A stretch of DNA of 64,000 bases from an uncultured virus (IMG/VR IMGVR_UViG_3300025030_000069) (Duplodnaviria > Heunggongvirae > Uroviricota > Caudoviricetes > Crassvirales), in IMG/VR virus record IMGVR_UViG_3300025030_000069. One strand, given 5' to 3'. Below, piece after piece: positions 11,201 to 21,189 of this stretch (position 1 is its first letter; each line of letters starts with the position of its first letter). The translations under genes were made by a program, and so were the position numbers. The notes under the pieces were generated by a model. It had not been told where the DNA came from and did not search any database. It saw only the letters and a program-made list of their open reading frames with translations.

Positions 11201-14200
11201 GTTGCTGGAAGAATAGAATATCTTTTAGATTTAGAAGCTGAATATACTTCTAATATAGAATCTTTACAGTTTATAACTGCTGAGAATAAAACTCAGCATT
11301 CAATAGGAGATAATAATACTTTGACTGTACTTGCTAATGACATGAATAATAGTACAGATTTAGAAGATTTAAAAAGAAGATTACCTCATTTGAATAACGA
11401 TACTATTAAAGAATCTTTCTGGATTAATGAGATGTTTAATTCAGATGGTACAAGAAATAAAGAAGTATCTATTAAAATAGAGTTAGCTAATGGATTAAAT
11501 ACTTCTGCTGATATTAAAGAGCAAAGTCATAATATTATTACAAGAAGAGGTACTATTGGTGATTTATTAACTCAAAGTGCTAATACAATATTACAAAGAG
11601 GTAAATCAAGTTTGATAGTATCTGCTGATGGTACATCTGAATTCTTAATTTCATTGAATAAATATGCTAATGGAGAAAGAATACCTGTTTCTATTGACTT
11701 TTTTAAAGATAAGTTCTATAGTGAAGATAAAGTACCTTCTGAAAAATATAATAGATTAAAAGCAATATTTGGAAGATATTATGCTGCTGAAGTAAGAAGA
11801 TTAGTGAGATTTAAATTTGGAGAAGGTGAAAATACAGATATTTATAATAAGAATGGTAAAAACTGGACTATACTAAATGATTATGTTAGTGCTAATACTA
11901 AAGATATAGTAAAAAAGAAAATTGATAGTTTAACTTCTTATAATAAAGAAGAAGTTGAAAAACTTATTAAAGAAACTACTCCTGCATTTGAAGATTCATT
12001 AATGAAAGGATTAAGTGCATATGAACGTGAATTCACTAATAAGTTAGAAGAACATGGAATAGAAGACCCTTTTTCTACTGAATTAAATTCTAAATTTGAT
12101 AGAGACCAATTAATAAGAGCAGTTATATCTAATGATTTAATTAATCAAATAGAGCAAACTAATTTATTCTTAGGTAATTTAGCTTACTATAAAGACATTT
12201 ATAAAAGAGCTAAACTATTTGCTGGTACTAAGTTAATGCCAAGAGTAGATGAAGATATGAATGAGCATTTAAATAGTATGCACAAAAGATCAGATGGTAA
12301 ATTAGCTGATGGATTTGAAAATGCTACTATATTTGAAGATATTAAAGTAGAAAAAAAAGTTGGAGATAGATATGACGAATATACAGAATCTGATTCAGGT
12401 GGAGCAGGTACAACTGATTTCTTTATTGAATTCTTAAAAAGAACTACTGGATTAACTGATAGCCAACAAAAAGCATTAGAATTAGCAAGAGATGGTAAAT
12501 TAAGTACTAAATTAGTTTCTAAAGAAGATTTAGAATGGGTACATACTCTTAAATTACAATATAGTGGTCCTAAGTATGATAAAAATGGTGTATTACAACC
12601 AGGAACACATAAATATACTGTAATGCACATTTACCCTCAAATGATTGCAGGTAAGAATTTAGAGAAGATAGTTGCAAGAATGAAAGAAGCAAAATCTGGA
12701 TTATATCTTTTTAAATCTGCTGCTAAATTTGGTGCTACTGTAAATCCTGAAACAGGTAAAACTAATAAATTCTATGAAAATTATAATCATGGAAATATTA
12801 GTGAAGAACCTCTAATTACACAAAGAATTTCTTATAAATACTTAGGATTACAAGTACAATCTTCTAAACCTAAACATAATTATATATTCTCTACACAGTT
12901 TAGAAAAACTGCATTTATTAATAGTTTTATTAATGGTATTGCTTCTATTAAAGAAGCTACTGAATTATTTAAACAATTTAATGATGCTATAAATGAAACT
13001 GTAAAAAGAGCTAAAGAAAAGTTAATTAAAGAATTAGGATTTAATGATAAATTAAAATTAGAAGATGTTACTAAACTTGTGGAATTACTTCAAAAAGAAG
13101 CTGAAGATAGAAGTTTGCCTAATAATCTTATAGATGCTTTAGACCAAGAAATTATTAATGGAGAGAAGATAAAAGACCAATTAAGATTTAAAATTGATTC
13201 TTTTGTTAATAAAGCTAAAGTAGATTCTATGATAATGGCAATTACAGAATCAAGACTTATTAAACAGAAATTTAATGGAGATGCTTATGTACTTGCTCCT
13301 GTAACTGGATTTGAATCAGGATATAGAGAAATAGGAACTAATAAAGCACTTAATGTATATGGTATAGATCCTAAAACAGGTAAAACTACACCTGCTGGTT
13401 GCATGATTCCTATGAGTGAAGCATATTACCCTTTACTTAGAAAATATGGAACTGTAGAAGGAGTTAATCAAGCAATAAAAGAAGATAAAATAAAAGATGA
13501 AATACTTCAATTGGTAGGTTGTCGTATTCCTGGTCAAGGTATGAATTCAAATGAATTCTTACAAATTGCAGAATTCTTACCTGAATTATCAAGTACTACA
13601 ATGGTAATACATCCTGAACTTGTTCCTAAATCAGGTGCTGACTACGATAATGATAAATTATATACTTATAGACCTAATATTGCATTGTTAAATGGAGAAG
13701 TAGTTATTGTTACTAAAAATAACTATAAACAAATAGCACAAGAACAGTCATTAGAAGATAAAACTAAAACTATAGAAGAATTAGAAGATAAGTTACTATC
13801 AGGTGCATTAGAAAATCAAGCTACAAATTCAATTAAAGAAATATTAAGACATAAAGATAATCATAAAGCTTTAATTACACCTAACTCTACTGACTTATAT
13901 GATGATATTGTAAATGAATTAATGTATGATGAATATGTAGAAGAAAAACTTAAAGAAGGTAAAAAAACTAAAGATATTCTTCCTTTAACATCTAAGGATA
14001 AAGAAGAATTAACTTGGTTAAAAGAACAAAAAAATGTAACTCCTGTTATTAATTATTCAAAATTAACTAAGTTACATAATAAAATAGAAGCAAGGTTTAA
14101 ACTATGGTTAGCTAAAGATGAAGTAGCTATTTCAGCTAATATGAATGCTTTTATTCCTCTTAGTCAAATTGCAGGATTAACTGCTAATGCAAGTTATAAT

Positions 14201-17200
14201 ACTTATGATTCTATTGGAAGAAAAATTGAAAATATTGCAAGAGTAGGATTACCTACTAATATGTTAAATGGTAAAATTAATTTAGGAGCACAAACACATA
14301 CAGGTAAAGAAACCACTATATCTGATGCAGAAAGCCAAAGATTAAACTTAGAATTAGATGCTGCTAAAAAAGATACTCCTGAGATTTATTATTTGAATAT
14401 GACAGATGCTACATTGTCTGTTTATTCATGGTTAAATATTACAGGTACTCCTATTGATGTACAAGCTGCTTTTATGACTCAACCTATCCTTAAAAAGATG
14501 AGTGAGATAAGAAATAAGAGAAATACTATTAAGAATAAATTAGAAGGTAAATACACATTTGATTCAGCTAAAGAAGATTATAAAAAAATAATAGCAGATA
14601 TTTTAAAAATACCTTTTGCTACTAAAAATGATAGAATAAAAAATGGTACAAAAATAAATAAGTATATTGCAAATAAATTAGAAACAGAAACATATAAAGA
14701 TAAAGTATATTCTTTAGAAGAACTAAAAGCTTTTAAAAATCCTAATGTTGTAAAAGATGAAGCTTTTGCACTTGCTCAATTACAAATATTAAACGACTTT
14801 AATGCTTATAAAACTCAATCAAGATTTCTTAGTGATATTATTTCTTATGTAGGTATAGATTCATCAGGATTAGGTAAAGACCTTAATCAATCAAGATTAA
14901 GATTAGAATTAAGAAAGAAAATTGATAAAGCAGGATTTATAAATGGTTTAGATAATCTTATTAATAGTACGTTTATTAAATCATTTATGCAAGATCAATT
15001 TGTAATTGATACTTTTAGTCAATTATATAACATTCAATCTAATGAGGAACTTATTAATAATCTTATTAATTTATTTAATATAATAGAAATTAATGCTAAT
15101 AATGCTGTAAAAGTAGAAGAAGGCTATGGTGAAGAACCAAAAGTTACAAAAGAACCTGTATTCTTAAATGCAGATGATAAAGATAAAATCTTAACATTAT
15201 TGGAAAATGATTTTATTGATTATGTAGTACAGAATTATGGTTACATAGACAATCAAAGATTAAGCAACATTGATGTAGTAAGAAAGAAATTACTTACTTC
15301 TGATAAAACAATAGGTAAACAATCAATAGCAGATAAACTAATTGCATTAAAAGTTAAAGCTAAAGAAGGTACTCTTACTGATAATGAGAAGCAATTAACA
15401 GATAATTTATTTATTCAAAAATTATATGCAGTTAAAGGTAAAGCTGAAGAAGGTTGGGATAATTTAAGAATATTTGCTAAAAGAATAGATAAATTTGAAT
15501 CTGACCAATTAACTGAATCTCTTAGAGAATTAAAATCAATTAATAAAGAATGGTATTCTGAAATAACTCATACAGGAATAATACAATCAGGATTAAATAA
15601 TTCAGCTATTACTTATTTAGGTTTAATTCCTTATGAAGATTATAATAATTTAGTTAAAAAAGCATTTGAAAGATTTGAAAAAGCAAATGATGAAACTGAT
15701 TTTAATAAGTTTGAACAATTATTTATAAAAAATAACAAAGAAAGTAATAAATTTATTAAAATAACTGCTAATAAATTAGGGTTAAGTAAATTAGGCCACA
15801 ATCAATATGGTAAAGATTATAGTAAAATTAATGTTAAACAATCTCAAACTACAACATCTACTCAACAATCTAAACCAGAAACTAAATATCAAACTGAAAC
15901 TACAGCTTCAGAATCATTAGAAGAAGGTATTGAATGGGCTAAAGAAGCAATGCCTAATGCTCCTATTGAGTTAATTAATGGTTTAGTAGATAATATAGCT
16001 ACTGGTAGTTATAATTCAGCTGAAGACTTAATACAAGCATCTATTGAATTTGCTAATAAAGGTACTATTAAACATGAAATAGGACACAGAGCATTTGCTA
16101 TGTTATCTAAAGATGAACAAAATAAGTTATTAGATGAAGGTAGTAAGAAATATGATATTACAGGTGATTTAGCAATAGAAGAAAGAATAATGGAAGATAT
16201 GGCTAAATCTAAAGATGAAATTAAACCTACTACTGCTATTGGTAAATTCTTTAAAATGGTTAAAAATTTTCTTAGAGATTTATTTAAAGTAAGAGATAAA
16301 GTTGAAAAGTTTATTGAAGATATTAATGCAGGTAAATTTGCAGGTATGAAACCTGTTAAAGGGGAAGGTGTTAAATATGAAACTAACCAAAAAACAGAAA
16401 AATCAAAAGAAACTATACCTGAAACTGAAGAAACGATTGTATTTAAAAATCTTATTAAAAAAATAAGTGAAGTATTACATAAACAAAAATCTATTTATAA
16501 ACAAAGGAAATCTTCTAAAAAACTTATTGAAGATATAGAAGCAATAGAAAAACTTATATCTGAAAATAAGAATGAATTAGATGCTATAAATAAATTTATA
16601 GATGATGCTGATATATATACAACAAAATCTGAAATAAGGCTCAATAAACTTAAAAAATTACTTTCATCTAAAGAATTAACTGAAAAAGAAAGCGCTGAAG
16701 CATTAGCAAGTATTGATGAAATTAAAGAATTTGTATCAGCTTATAGTATTCTTAATGACATAAGAAAAGTAATGCACATAGAAGGTGCTTCTGGCATAGA
16801 TATTTATTCAAAAGAAATTAATGCTGCTATAGTAAGAAGAGATATAATATTAGAAGATTATAAAACATTAGGACAAGATTTAATTGTTGATTGGTTATAT
16901 CAACAAGCAGAATCTACTAATGAAAATTTAAAAAGACAAGGTAAAGATAAATTCATATTAACAAAAGAAAAATTAAAAGAAGAACTTAAAATGGCTTCTT
17001 CTGATATTGGGTTGTTAAATAGTTTACTTGGTAGCGTTATTAATTCAAAAGATCCTGTATCTGCATTAGTAGCTAAAGCAATTAAAGAATTACTGGAGGA
17101 AGCTAGAGTAAAAGATATAGAAACTAAAGAGACATTATTAACAGAATATGATAAAGTAGAAGGTAATAAAAATAATGTTAAAGCTTTTAATGCTAAATAC

Positions 17201-19498
17201 ATACATACTATTCTAAATTATGAAAAAACAGGAGAAGATGCTGATGGTAATGAAATTTGGAAAGAAGTAGAAAGAGATGCTTTTGTAACAGAATTTTATA
17301 CTGATAAATTTAAAAAAGCTAAAAGAGAATTTTATAATAGTATAGGTAAAAGACCTAATGAAGATGATAAAAAAGCTTATGAATTATGGAATAAAAAAGT
17401 TGCTACATGGTTCAATGAAAATACTCAAGTAGATGAATTAAAAGTACAAAGATTAATTAAAGAAAAACAAGCAAAATTAAGTCCTGAAGAATTTGAAAAT
17501 TGGTTGAATAGTAATCTAAAAGAAGTAGAAAATACTCAATATTATAGTAGTGAAAAAATTGATTATATTGATAAATCTAAAGTATTTTCTACAAGTACAA
17601 ATAAAAAAATTATATACCTTTATTCAGGTGAATTTTTATCTCCCGCTGAAAAATATAGAAATAAAAAATATGATGAACTTAGTAAATCTTCTTATTATCA
17701 GGAATTATTAAGAACTTATAATGAAGCCAATGCTTTAAGACCTGAAAAATCAAGATTAAAACATGGAATAATACCTCAAGCAAGAAAAAATGGTAGAGAT
17801 AGAATATATGAAGCTGGATTTGATATAAGTAATCAAACAGAAGCATTAAAATCAGGAATAAAAGATGCTACTACTTTTCAAGTAACAGATAAAGAATATG
17901 GATTAGGAAGATTAAGTGGTGAAGAATTTAAAAGAATACCTCTATACTATAATACTTTAATTAATAAAGAAGATTTAAGTTATGATTTACTTGAAAGTGT
18001 TTTGAAGTTTAGTCAGGAAAGTAATAAATATGATGCTTTACACAAAATAGAACCTAATATAAGAGTTCTTAAAGATTTAATTAAAGAAAGAGATGTAACA
18101 AAAACAAATGCTACAGGTAAACAGTTATTAGATTTAGTAAATAAAAACCCATTATCTAAAACAGATGCTAAAAGAGTAAATGAAAGATTAATTGAATTTA
18201 TAGATTCTGTATATTATGGTGAAGAAATAGTAAAAGAATCTTTTGCTTTTATGGGCAAAGAATACTCTATAGATAAAATTGCTAATAAGTTACAATTCTT
18301 CAATGCTATTTCATTAATGGCAGGTAACTTTACTTCAGCTATAAATAATACATTGTGGGGTAATTTACAAGCATTTAATGAATCTGCTGGAGGAAAATAT
18401 TATAATAAATCTGATTGGGGAAATGCTCTTATAGAATACAGTAAAAATCTTCCTCAATTTATGAATGATTTATCTATTAGATTTGGAAAAAGTAAAGTTA
18501 CTCAACTTATAGAATTATACGATGCTATTCAAGGAGAATATAGAGATCAATATGGTAATAACATAAGTGGAACTAATGCTAAGAGATTATTTTCAACTGA
18601 TAGTTTATTTTTTACATCTAATGGGACAGAACATCAAATTCAAGTAACTGGTTTAATTGCTATGATGAAGGCTAAGAAACTAACTAAAAAAAATGGGGAA
18701 ACTATTAGTTTATTTGATGCTTATGAAGTTAAAGATAATAAATTAAAATTAAAGGATGATGTAAAATGGTCAGAAAAAGATAGATTTGAATTTATGAATC
18801 AACTTCATAAAATTAATAAAGAATTACATGGTAACTATAATACATTTGACAAATCATCTATTCAAAGAAAGTGGTATGGACAATTAGCTCTTGGATTCAG
18901 AAAATACATATATACAAGTTTTGTAAGAAGATATGGCTCAGAACAAATAGATTATGAAGTAATGGATGTAACTGAGGGTTACTATAGAGTATTTGCTAAA
19001 AAATTTATAAACGATTTGCAAAAATATAAATTTAATATTCTTCTTTATGCTCAAAATATGACTCCTGAACAAAAAGTAGCTTTTAGAAAAACTATGGTTG
19101 ACATAGTAGCTTTAACTGCAATAGTAATGATTACTGGAGCAATGGCTGGTGGAGATGATGATGATAGAAAAAAGAACTCTTGGTTCTATAATCAATCTTT
19201 ATTACAATTAAGAAGATTAGAAGCTGACTTTAAATTCTATCTTCCTATACCAAATTCAGATCAGTGGAGAATATTAAAAACTCCTGCTGTATCAATGAGT
19301 ACTATTGAAAGAACTGTTGGTTTTTTTGATCAAGCATTACCTTGGAATATAACAGAAGTATATGAAAGAAGAAGCGGCTTAAATGAGAAAGGAGATAATA
19401 AAGCATATGCTAAATTTAAAAAATTAATTCCTATTTATAGACAAATAGAAAATTTTGTAACTCCAGAAGAACAAATAAAGATTTATTCTAAGAAATAA
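5294..19498 (+). CDS. Giant virion-packaged DNA-dependent RNA polymerase polyprotein (crAss-like, double-psi beta-barrel type) with zincin-like domains
   Basis: 4,734 aa. CRIPGQG is followed by the catalytic GADYDND (DxDxD, about 13640-13654). HExxH motifs HEGFH (about 9740) and HEIGH (about 16073). Last gene of the late block. Confidence 0.85.
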   Translation: MANHQLDPITGLPEKKINSNTIDPKTGLSQETLEYFNFTRKQEKLRFNPYDTSLGEAESFTDEEYKSFTKRGIDPGRAGKELATEFRAERQGSGESIFNGLVGGTAMTATRIVGGIGDIAIAVPTLIAAAATQDASKLETIFDNPFSNGIKDIENSIRETLPIYNTKGDEAKNFLHRALTDLDYWTDDLIREGGSFLASAYLTGMGASKLLSPLTKSLYASKLTKAAQLAEAEVAASGLTGGAADKLYKTALALQKSGLSKNIANAHQWTIAGTVRSIESIAEGEQTYDAVYKDLIDKGRDPEYAKLEAAKAAMATTGLNMLLMPLEYMQTGAWMKTFSGLKRASRTELLKETAKGLAPKMGGALKEFGKTVGEQAISEGILEEGLQKAFQDYTTKKYTGKYEDNELNPIASIMEEYIKGFGTKEGWDAMGAGMILGGLFGGGAGIYTNKTKEEKLNTLKKAIADNKFLKNDLSSFIDTSTGKPLINKAKVIETIQQSANFQNLEKGKQQALLNNYEEAFKAIDNIQFADWAFSHFEAGMGERLFKQIDEMKGYDDKKLEELGLSVKELKNSQGKEITASELSDRYRQKAIELEEMYNDIADRFDATPKDKRAILDEAVIQQETIKSIETINSKIEKGISKINTTKRTRNTDFKEIESLEDIVKDKDSNSIVKTWASEMIAKRKDLLNTLKDSNDRTDKLTNPEALKKNKKATTLEETETPKTTIEDIDTSTDKEEAARKYYLEATDIDDLNERVKKIKAKYPQEFLAKIQGTYDQVYNQLKNRPTEPEPPTSIDIKAKKADIERRRQESINGYTDEEGEFNGIKQFTKEQKENLDELGISTKSIIGEWEGFYLQPDITGKLGEDSENVIEYIKGKTKQEVKDKINAKYDAELDALKTKPPTPPTPTPGPVEDEDPFKSDEEIEEIKKRGTSSEPEEDERDTVEDSDTINTNELTNTPGKGYSSDRLKITEYGENMGVDDKHSPFIQANYEYRDFYEEIPADEREGHKFLVVTKQSHPTVEGKKGLYDQILDQEANDFVKIVTEFDDDPKSSKEFEEQYKRDNKKEYDKGIWLVLVDEKGKPITHKGYLIASTLESAYRIEEKKIIPEKVYEHLQSKGKGETIDATTETLIANAKVALNNFRNELLKPSDKPKYLPIAYLSNGLTSGLKEDPDFSAFEKRDENNERVVKNVIGRITEKTDLSDTDLYIPTSKEEGNTGKLYIIENGKRIDLIQRKLNDTEIDKIISLIDEHINSGGNTQEFIVEIKKLIFFKRESKAHMKKYQMYFDGITLHYGETGIMQGVNPEILKNFLQTKRINANTKYLNKRFTNPLTSKPDYSYNQFLLEGENPMFGTDLKTMYEESGERRRRYKQRYFVYKPEAFPNALSDKTTDVKTEDGIAVLPDEEFKEGGLFRLVSVVDESTLKTPISEEERKWHEEYFPNTPIQTSVEITRKLKAEGAFAKVLSSARVIQLSDEAPTGTLYHEGFHDVTQYSLTEKETKSLYNEARQRLGLPKASDLEIEEKLAEDYANYRRTGKILRNAPKRNVFFRRIANFIKDLLGLSPTNIQHLYKRLDTGFYKNAKVIDKPRFSSLHRDQLEKDITETKGTKFVKEALDGIHVMFFKFLYDNQKTPIAALNKKNVDIILHSKGGVKNQIDTKYREAFAKKDPIANEYAYILTNWKGFVSLWTKKANTLGLALEVREKESDENKRGGDAFQEDFSVSLESQMSNPIRMLISSLKSGEVNELGFQEPVNFKSTYRFLSVNLQGVGSSFKDLHAKLTELAKKYPNKPELTDLLTIIGKPGEEILSNEKQNFKTAFLQDFNKYKYTNWRTFFKPNGVIDIVDATRQVETETLRQKWSENIVGLFTQNDQGRNVISKEVLDSSITHSIDKLALDLQIKFLDKIGITLSEETKAIIRDSRFNKSEFTQSVAWIKTYLTETEGDITNLITKEKKLSKKEEGEKGSKIKSDVAGRIEYLLDLEAEYTSNIESLQFITAENKTQHSIGDNNTLTVLANDMNNSTDLEDLKRRLPHLNNDTIKESFWINEMFNSDGTRNKEVSIKIELANGLNTSADIKEQSHNIITRRGTIGDLLTQSANTILQRGKSSLIVSADGTSEFLISLNKYANGERIPVSIDFFKDKFYSEDKVPSEKYNRLKAIFGRYYAAEVRRLVRFKFGEGENTDIYNKNGKNWTILNDYVSANTKDIVKKKIDSLTSYNKEEVEKLIKETTPAFEDSLMKGLSAYEREFTNKLEEHGIEDPFSTELNSKFDRDQLIRAVISNDLINQIEQTNLFLGNLAYYKDIYKRAKLFAGTKLMPRVDEDMNEHLNSMHKRSDGKLADGFENATIFEDIKVEKKVGDRYDEYTESDSGGAGTTDFFIEFLKRTTGLTDSQQKALELARDGKLSTKLVSKEDLEWVHTLKLQYSGPKYDKNGVLQPGTHKYTVMHIYPQMIAGKNLEKIVARMKEAKSGLYLFKSAAKFGATVNPETGKTNKFYENYNHGNISEEPLITQRISYKYLGLQVQSSKPKHNYIFSTQFRKTAFINSFINGIASIKEATELFKQFNDAINETVKRAKEKLIKELGFNDKLKLEDVTKLVELLQKEAEDRSLPNNLIDALDQEIINGEKIKDQLRFKIDSFVNKAKVDSMIMAITESRLIKQKFNGDAYVLAPVTGFESGYREIGTNKALNVYGIDPKTGKTTPAGCMIPMSEAYYPLLRKYGTVEGVNQAIKEDKIKDEILQLVGCRIPGQGMNSNEFLQIAEFLPELSSTTMVIHPELVPKSGADYDNDKLYTYRPNIALLNGEVVIVTKNNYKQIAQEQSLEDKTKTIEELEDKLLSGALENQATNSIKEILRHKDNHKALITPNSTDLYDDIVNELMYDEYVEEKLKEGKKTKDILPLTSKDKEELTWLKEQKNVTPVINYSKLTKLHNKIEARFKLWLAKDEVAISANMNAFIPLSQIAGLTANASYNTYDSIGRKIENIARVGLPTNMLNGKINLGAQTHTGKETTISDAESQRLNLELDAAKKDTPEIYYLNMTDATLSVYSWLNITGTPIDVQAAFMTQPILKKMSEIRNKRNTIKNKLEGKYTFDSAKEDYKKIIADILKIPFATKNDRIKNGTKINKYIANKLETETYKDKVYSLEELKAFKNPNVVKDEAFALAQLQILNDFNAYKTQSRFLSDIISYVGIDSSGLGKDLNQSRLRLELRKKIDKAGFINGLDNLINSTFIKSFMQDQFVIDTFSQLYNIQSNEELINNLINLFNIIEINANNAVKVEEGYGEEPKVTKEPVFLNADDKDKILTLLENDFIDYVVQNYGYIDNQRLSNIDVVRKKLLTSDKTIGKQSIADKLIALKVKAKEGTLTDNEKQLTDNLFIQKLYAVKGKAEEGWDNLRIFAKRIDKFESDQLTESLRELKSINKEWYSEITHTGIIQSGLNNSAITYLGLIPYEDYNNLVKKAFERFEKANDETDFNKFEQLFIKNNKESNKFIKITANKLGLSKLGHNQYGKDYSKINVKQSQTTTSTQQSKPETKYQTETTASESLEEGIEWAKEAMPNAPIELINGLVDNIATGSYNSAEDLIQASIEFANKGTIKHEIGHRAFAMLSKDEQNKLLDEGSKKYDITGDLAIEERIMEDMAKSKDEIKPTTAIGKFFKMVKNFLRDLFKVRDKVEKFIEDINAGKFAGMKPVKGEGVKYETNQKTEKSKETIPETEETIVFKNLIKKISEVLHKQKSIYKQRKSSKKLIEDIEAIEKLISENKNELDAINKFIDDADIYTTKSEIRLNKLKKLLSSKELTEKESAEALASIDEIKEFVSAYSILNDIRKVMHIEGASGIDIYSKEINAAIVRRDIILEDYKTLGQDLIVDWLYQQAESTNENLKRQGKDKFILTKEKLKEELKMASSDIGLLNSLLGSVINSKDPVSALVAKAIKELLEEARVKDIETKETLLTEYDKVEGNKNNVKAFNAKYIHTILNYEKTGEDADGNEIWKEVERDAFVTEFYTDKFKKAKREFYNSIGKRPNEDDKKAYELWNKKVATWFNENTQVDELKVQRLIKEKQAKLSPEEFENWLNSNLKEVENTQYYSSEKIDYIDKSKVFSTSTNKKIIYLYSGEFLSPAEKYRNKKYDELSKSSYYQELLRTYNEANALRPEKSRLKHGIIPQARKNGRDRIYEAGFDISNQTEALKSGIKDATTFQVTDKEYGLGRLSGEEFKRIPLYYNTLINKEDLSYDLLESVLKFSQESNKYDALHKIEPNIRVLKDLIKERDVTKTNATGKQLLDLVNKNPLSKTDAKRVNERLIEFIDSVYYGEEIVKESFAFMGKEYSIDKIANKLQFFNAISLMAGNFTSAINNTLWGNLQAFNESAGGKYYNKSDWGNALIEYSKNLPQFMNDLSIRFGKSKVTQLIELYDAIQGEYRDQYGNNISGTNAKRLFSTDSLFFTSNGTEHQIQVTGLIAMMKAKKLTKKNGETISLFDAYEVKDNKLKLKDDVKWSEKDRFEFMNQLHKINKELHGNYNTFDKSSIQRKWYGQLALGFRKYIYTSFVRRYGSEQIDYEVMDVTEGYYRVFAKKFINDLQKYKFNILLYAQNMTPEQKVAFRKTMVDIVALTAIVMITGAMAGGDDDDRKKNSWFYNQSLLQLRRLEADFKFYLPIPNSDQWRILKTPAVSMSTIERTVGFFDQALPWNITEVYERRSGLNEKGDNKAYAKFKKLIPIYRQIENFVTPEEQIKIYSKK

Positions 19499-19502
19499 AA
19501 AA

Positions 19503-19557
19503 AATGGGGCAAGAATTTACAAATATGTAACTTACATACTTGTAACTTGCCCCATTA
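19503..19557. terminator. Long hairpin / bidirectional terminator between convergent gene blocks
   Basis: aatggggcaag...cttgccccatt encloses a further inverted repeat (ttacaa-tatgtaa / ttacata-ttgtaa). An A-tract lies on the left. Confidence 0.8.
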
Positions 19558-19568
19558 AACTATGAAAA

Positions 19569-19805
19569 TTATTTTAATTTCTCTTTACATTTATCAATAA
19601 TTGTTTCTATTACATCTTGTGCAACCTCATTTATTAGTTCAAATACTTCAAATCCTTTATAGTAGATATTAGTTATCTCTAATTCCTTAATTCCACCTTC
19701 AGCAGGTTGCCATCTTGTATCTGGAGTATATTCAGGTATAAATACTTTACAATCAAGTTTAATTTTACCTATTTGTATTTCTACTAATTTATGTTTTCCT
19801 TTCAT
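19569..19805 (-). CDS. Hypothetical protein
   Basis: ORF in a tightly packed minus-strand block. Confidence 0.6.
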   Translation of the reverse strand: MKGKHKLVEIQIGKIKLDCKVFIPEYTPDTRWQPAEGGIKELEITNIYYKGFEVFELINEVAQDVIETIIDKCKEKLK

Positions 19806-19978
19806 TGTCCTATATTTAATATTTCATATCTAAAAGTGCCTTTTGGTTCAAATTTATTATCATCAAATAAAGGATGATATTGCATATTCACAGTATAAAT
19901 ATCAGTTCTTGGATTTTCAATAGTACCAAACCCTTTATATTTAATAAATCCATTTTTATTATATACCCCTACCTAAAA

Positions 19979-20293
19979 TCATTTTCTAAAAAACCCTAAT
20001 TCTTTACCTTTATTAAGCACTTCAAAAACTATCCTAAACTCATCCAATGAAATATCTTTTAAAATTTCTACGAAATCATCAGTAATTTTTTTATAAATAA
20101 GATATTGTTTAAGTGTATTATAAAGATTATTTTTAATATAATCTCCACTATCCCAAGAAGTATTTCCAATATCTAAGATAGGTAAAGGTTTATTTTCTTG
20201 TTCTATAAGATAAAGTTTGTATTTTCCATCTTTACTTTCTATAATTTGTCTAACAACTACATTAATTACTTTCTTCTTACTTCTTTTTTTCAT
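19979..20293 (-). CDS. Hypothetical protein
   Basis: ORF, operon packing. Confidence 0.6.
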   Translation of the reverse strand: MKKRSKKKVINVVVRQIIESKDGKYKLYLIEQENKPLPILDIGNTSWDSGDYIKNNLYNTLKQYLIYKKITDDFVEILKDISLDEFRIVFEVLNKGKELGFFRK

Positions 20294-20311
20294 AGTTTAA
20301 GTATTAAGTGT

Positions 20312-20719
20312 TTAACAGTGGAAATCTAAATCATGTGTTTCTTTTATAACACGTTTATTTGAAATTTTTGTTTTTCTATAAGTTTCCCAAGGTTTAGTTT
20401 GCACAAATCCATTTATAGTATTCTTCCCCCAAGGCCAAGTTGCCATAGCTTCATCTATATCATTATTATGATATTTATTTACCCAAAGCCACCATTCCCA
20501 TTCTTGGTCCGTACCTCTTACAAATGAAAGTTCAAACCATGCCCAATAAAATAATAATTTAGGTAAAATTTCAACTCTTGGAGTATCATATTTATCTTTC
20601 CAACATAATTTTTTTACAAAATAATAACTTGGTAGGAAATTACTTATCGAATATAATTTATTTAATCTAAAATTTATATACCATCTAGGTTTTCTCATTT
20701 GTTCCATAATTGTTTTCAT
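20312..20719 (-). CDS. Hypothetical Trp-rich protein
   Basis: ORF overlapping its neighbours. Confidence 0.6.
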   Translation of the reverse strand: MKTIMEQMRKPRWYINFRLNKLYSISNFLPSYYFVKKLCWKDKYDTPRVEILPKLLFYWAWFELSFVRGTDQEWEWWLWVNKYHNNDIDEAMATWPWGKNTINGFVQTKPWETYRKTKISNKRVIKETHDLDFHC

Positions 20720-20903
20720 TTAACCAGTGTTTAGCTGATTGATAAGCCATTGATAAAAGAAACATTCTACTGGGATTATCAGGAGGGTTAATCTTAACCT
20801 TTTGTTGTTTCCTGATAAAAATATACTCCTCGACAATTTCTGCTTGTTGAATAGTATGAGGAGTAATATTTTCAAGAATTTCTTTTATTTGCTCTTTGGT
20901 CAT
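20685..20903 (-). CDS. Hypothetical protein
   Basis: ORF overlapping its neighbours. Confidence 0.55.
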   Translation of the reverse strand: MTKEQIKEILENITPHTIQQAEIVEEYIFIRKQQKVKINPPDNPSRMFLLSMAYQSAKHWLNENNYGTNEKT

Positions 20904-21189
20904 AATCTTGCTTTAAACCACAATATAAATCAATCCATAAAAATTCTTTTTCAGCTCGTTTTTTACTAAATTTAGGTGTCACTTGTGTCATTAAGAATTT
21001 AATAGTAAACTTCTTCCAGCTTTCATATTCTTTCTTAGTTTTAAAAGTACAAGCTTCATACCATTCTATTTTAGGATCATCCCAAGCACCCGATTTAACA
21101 TCTTCGTAACACAATCCTAAATGCTTTAATTCAGCATTAACTATTATTTTAATAATTTCTGAAGTATTCGTTCTATTATATTTTTTCAT
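20872..21189 (-). CDS. Hypothetical protein
   Basis: ORF with ATGA-type coupling to the upstream gene. Confidence 0.6.
   Translation of the reverse strand: MKKYNRTNTSEIIKIIVNAELKHLGLCYEDVKSGAWDDPKIEWYEACTFKTKKEYESWKKFTIKFLMTQVTPKFSKKRAEKEFLWIDLYCGLKQDYDQRANKRNS

Noticed and set aside
1900..17202. Minus-strand ORFs inside the cargo and vRNAP genes
   Set aside because: Antisense shadow ORFs fully overlapping long, motif-bearing genes.
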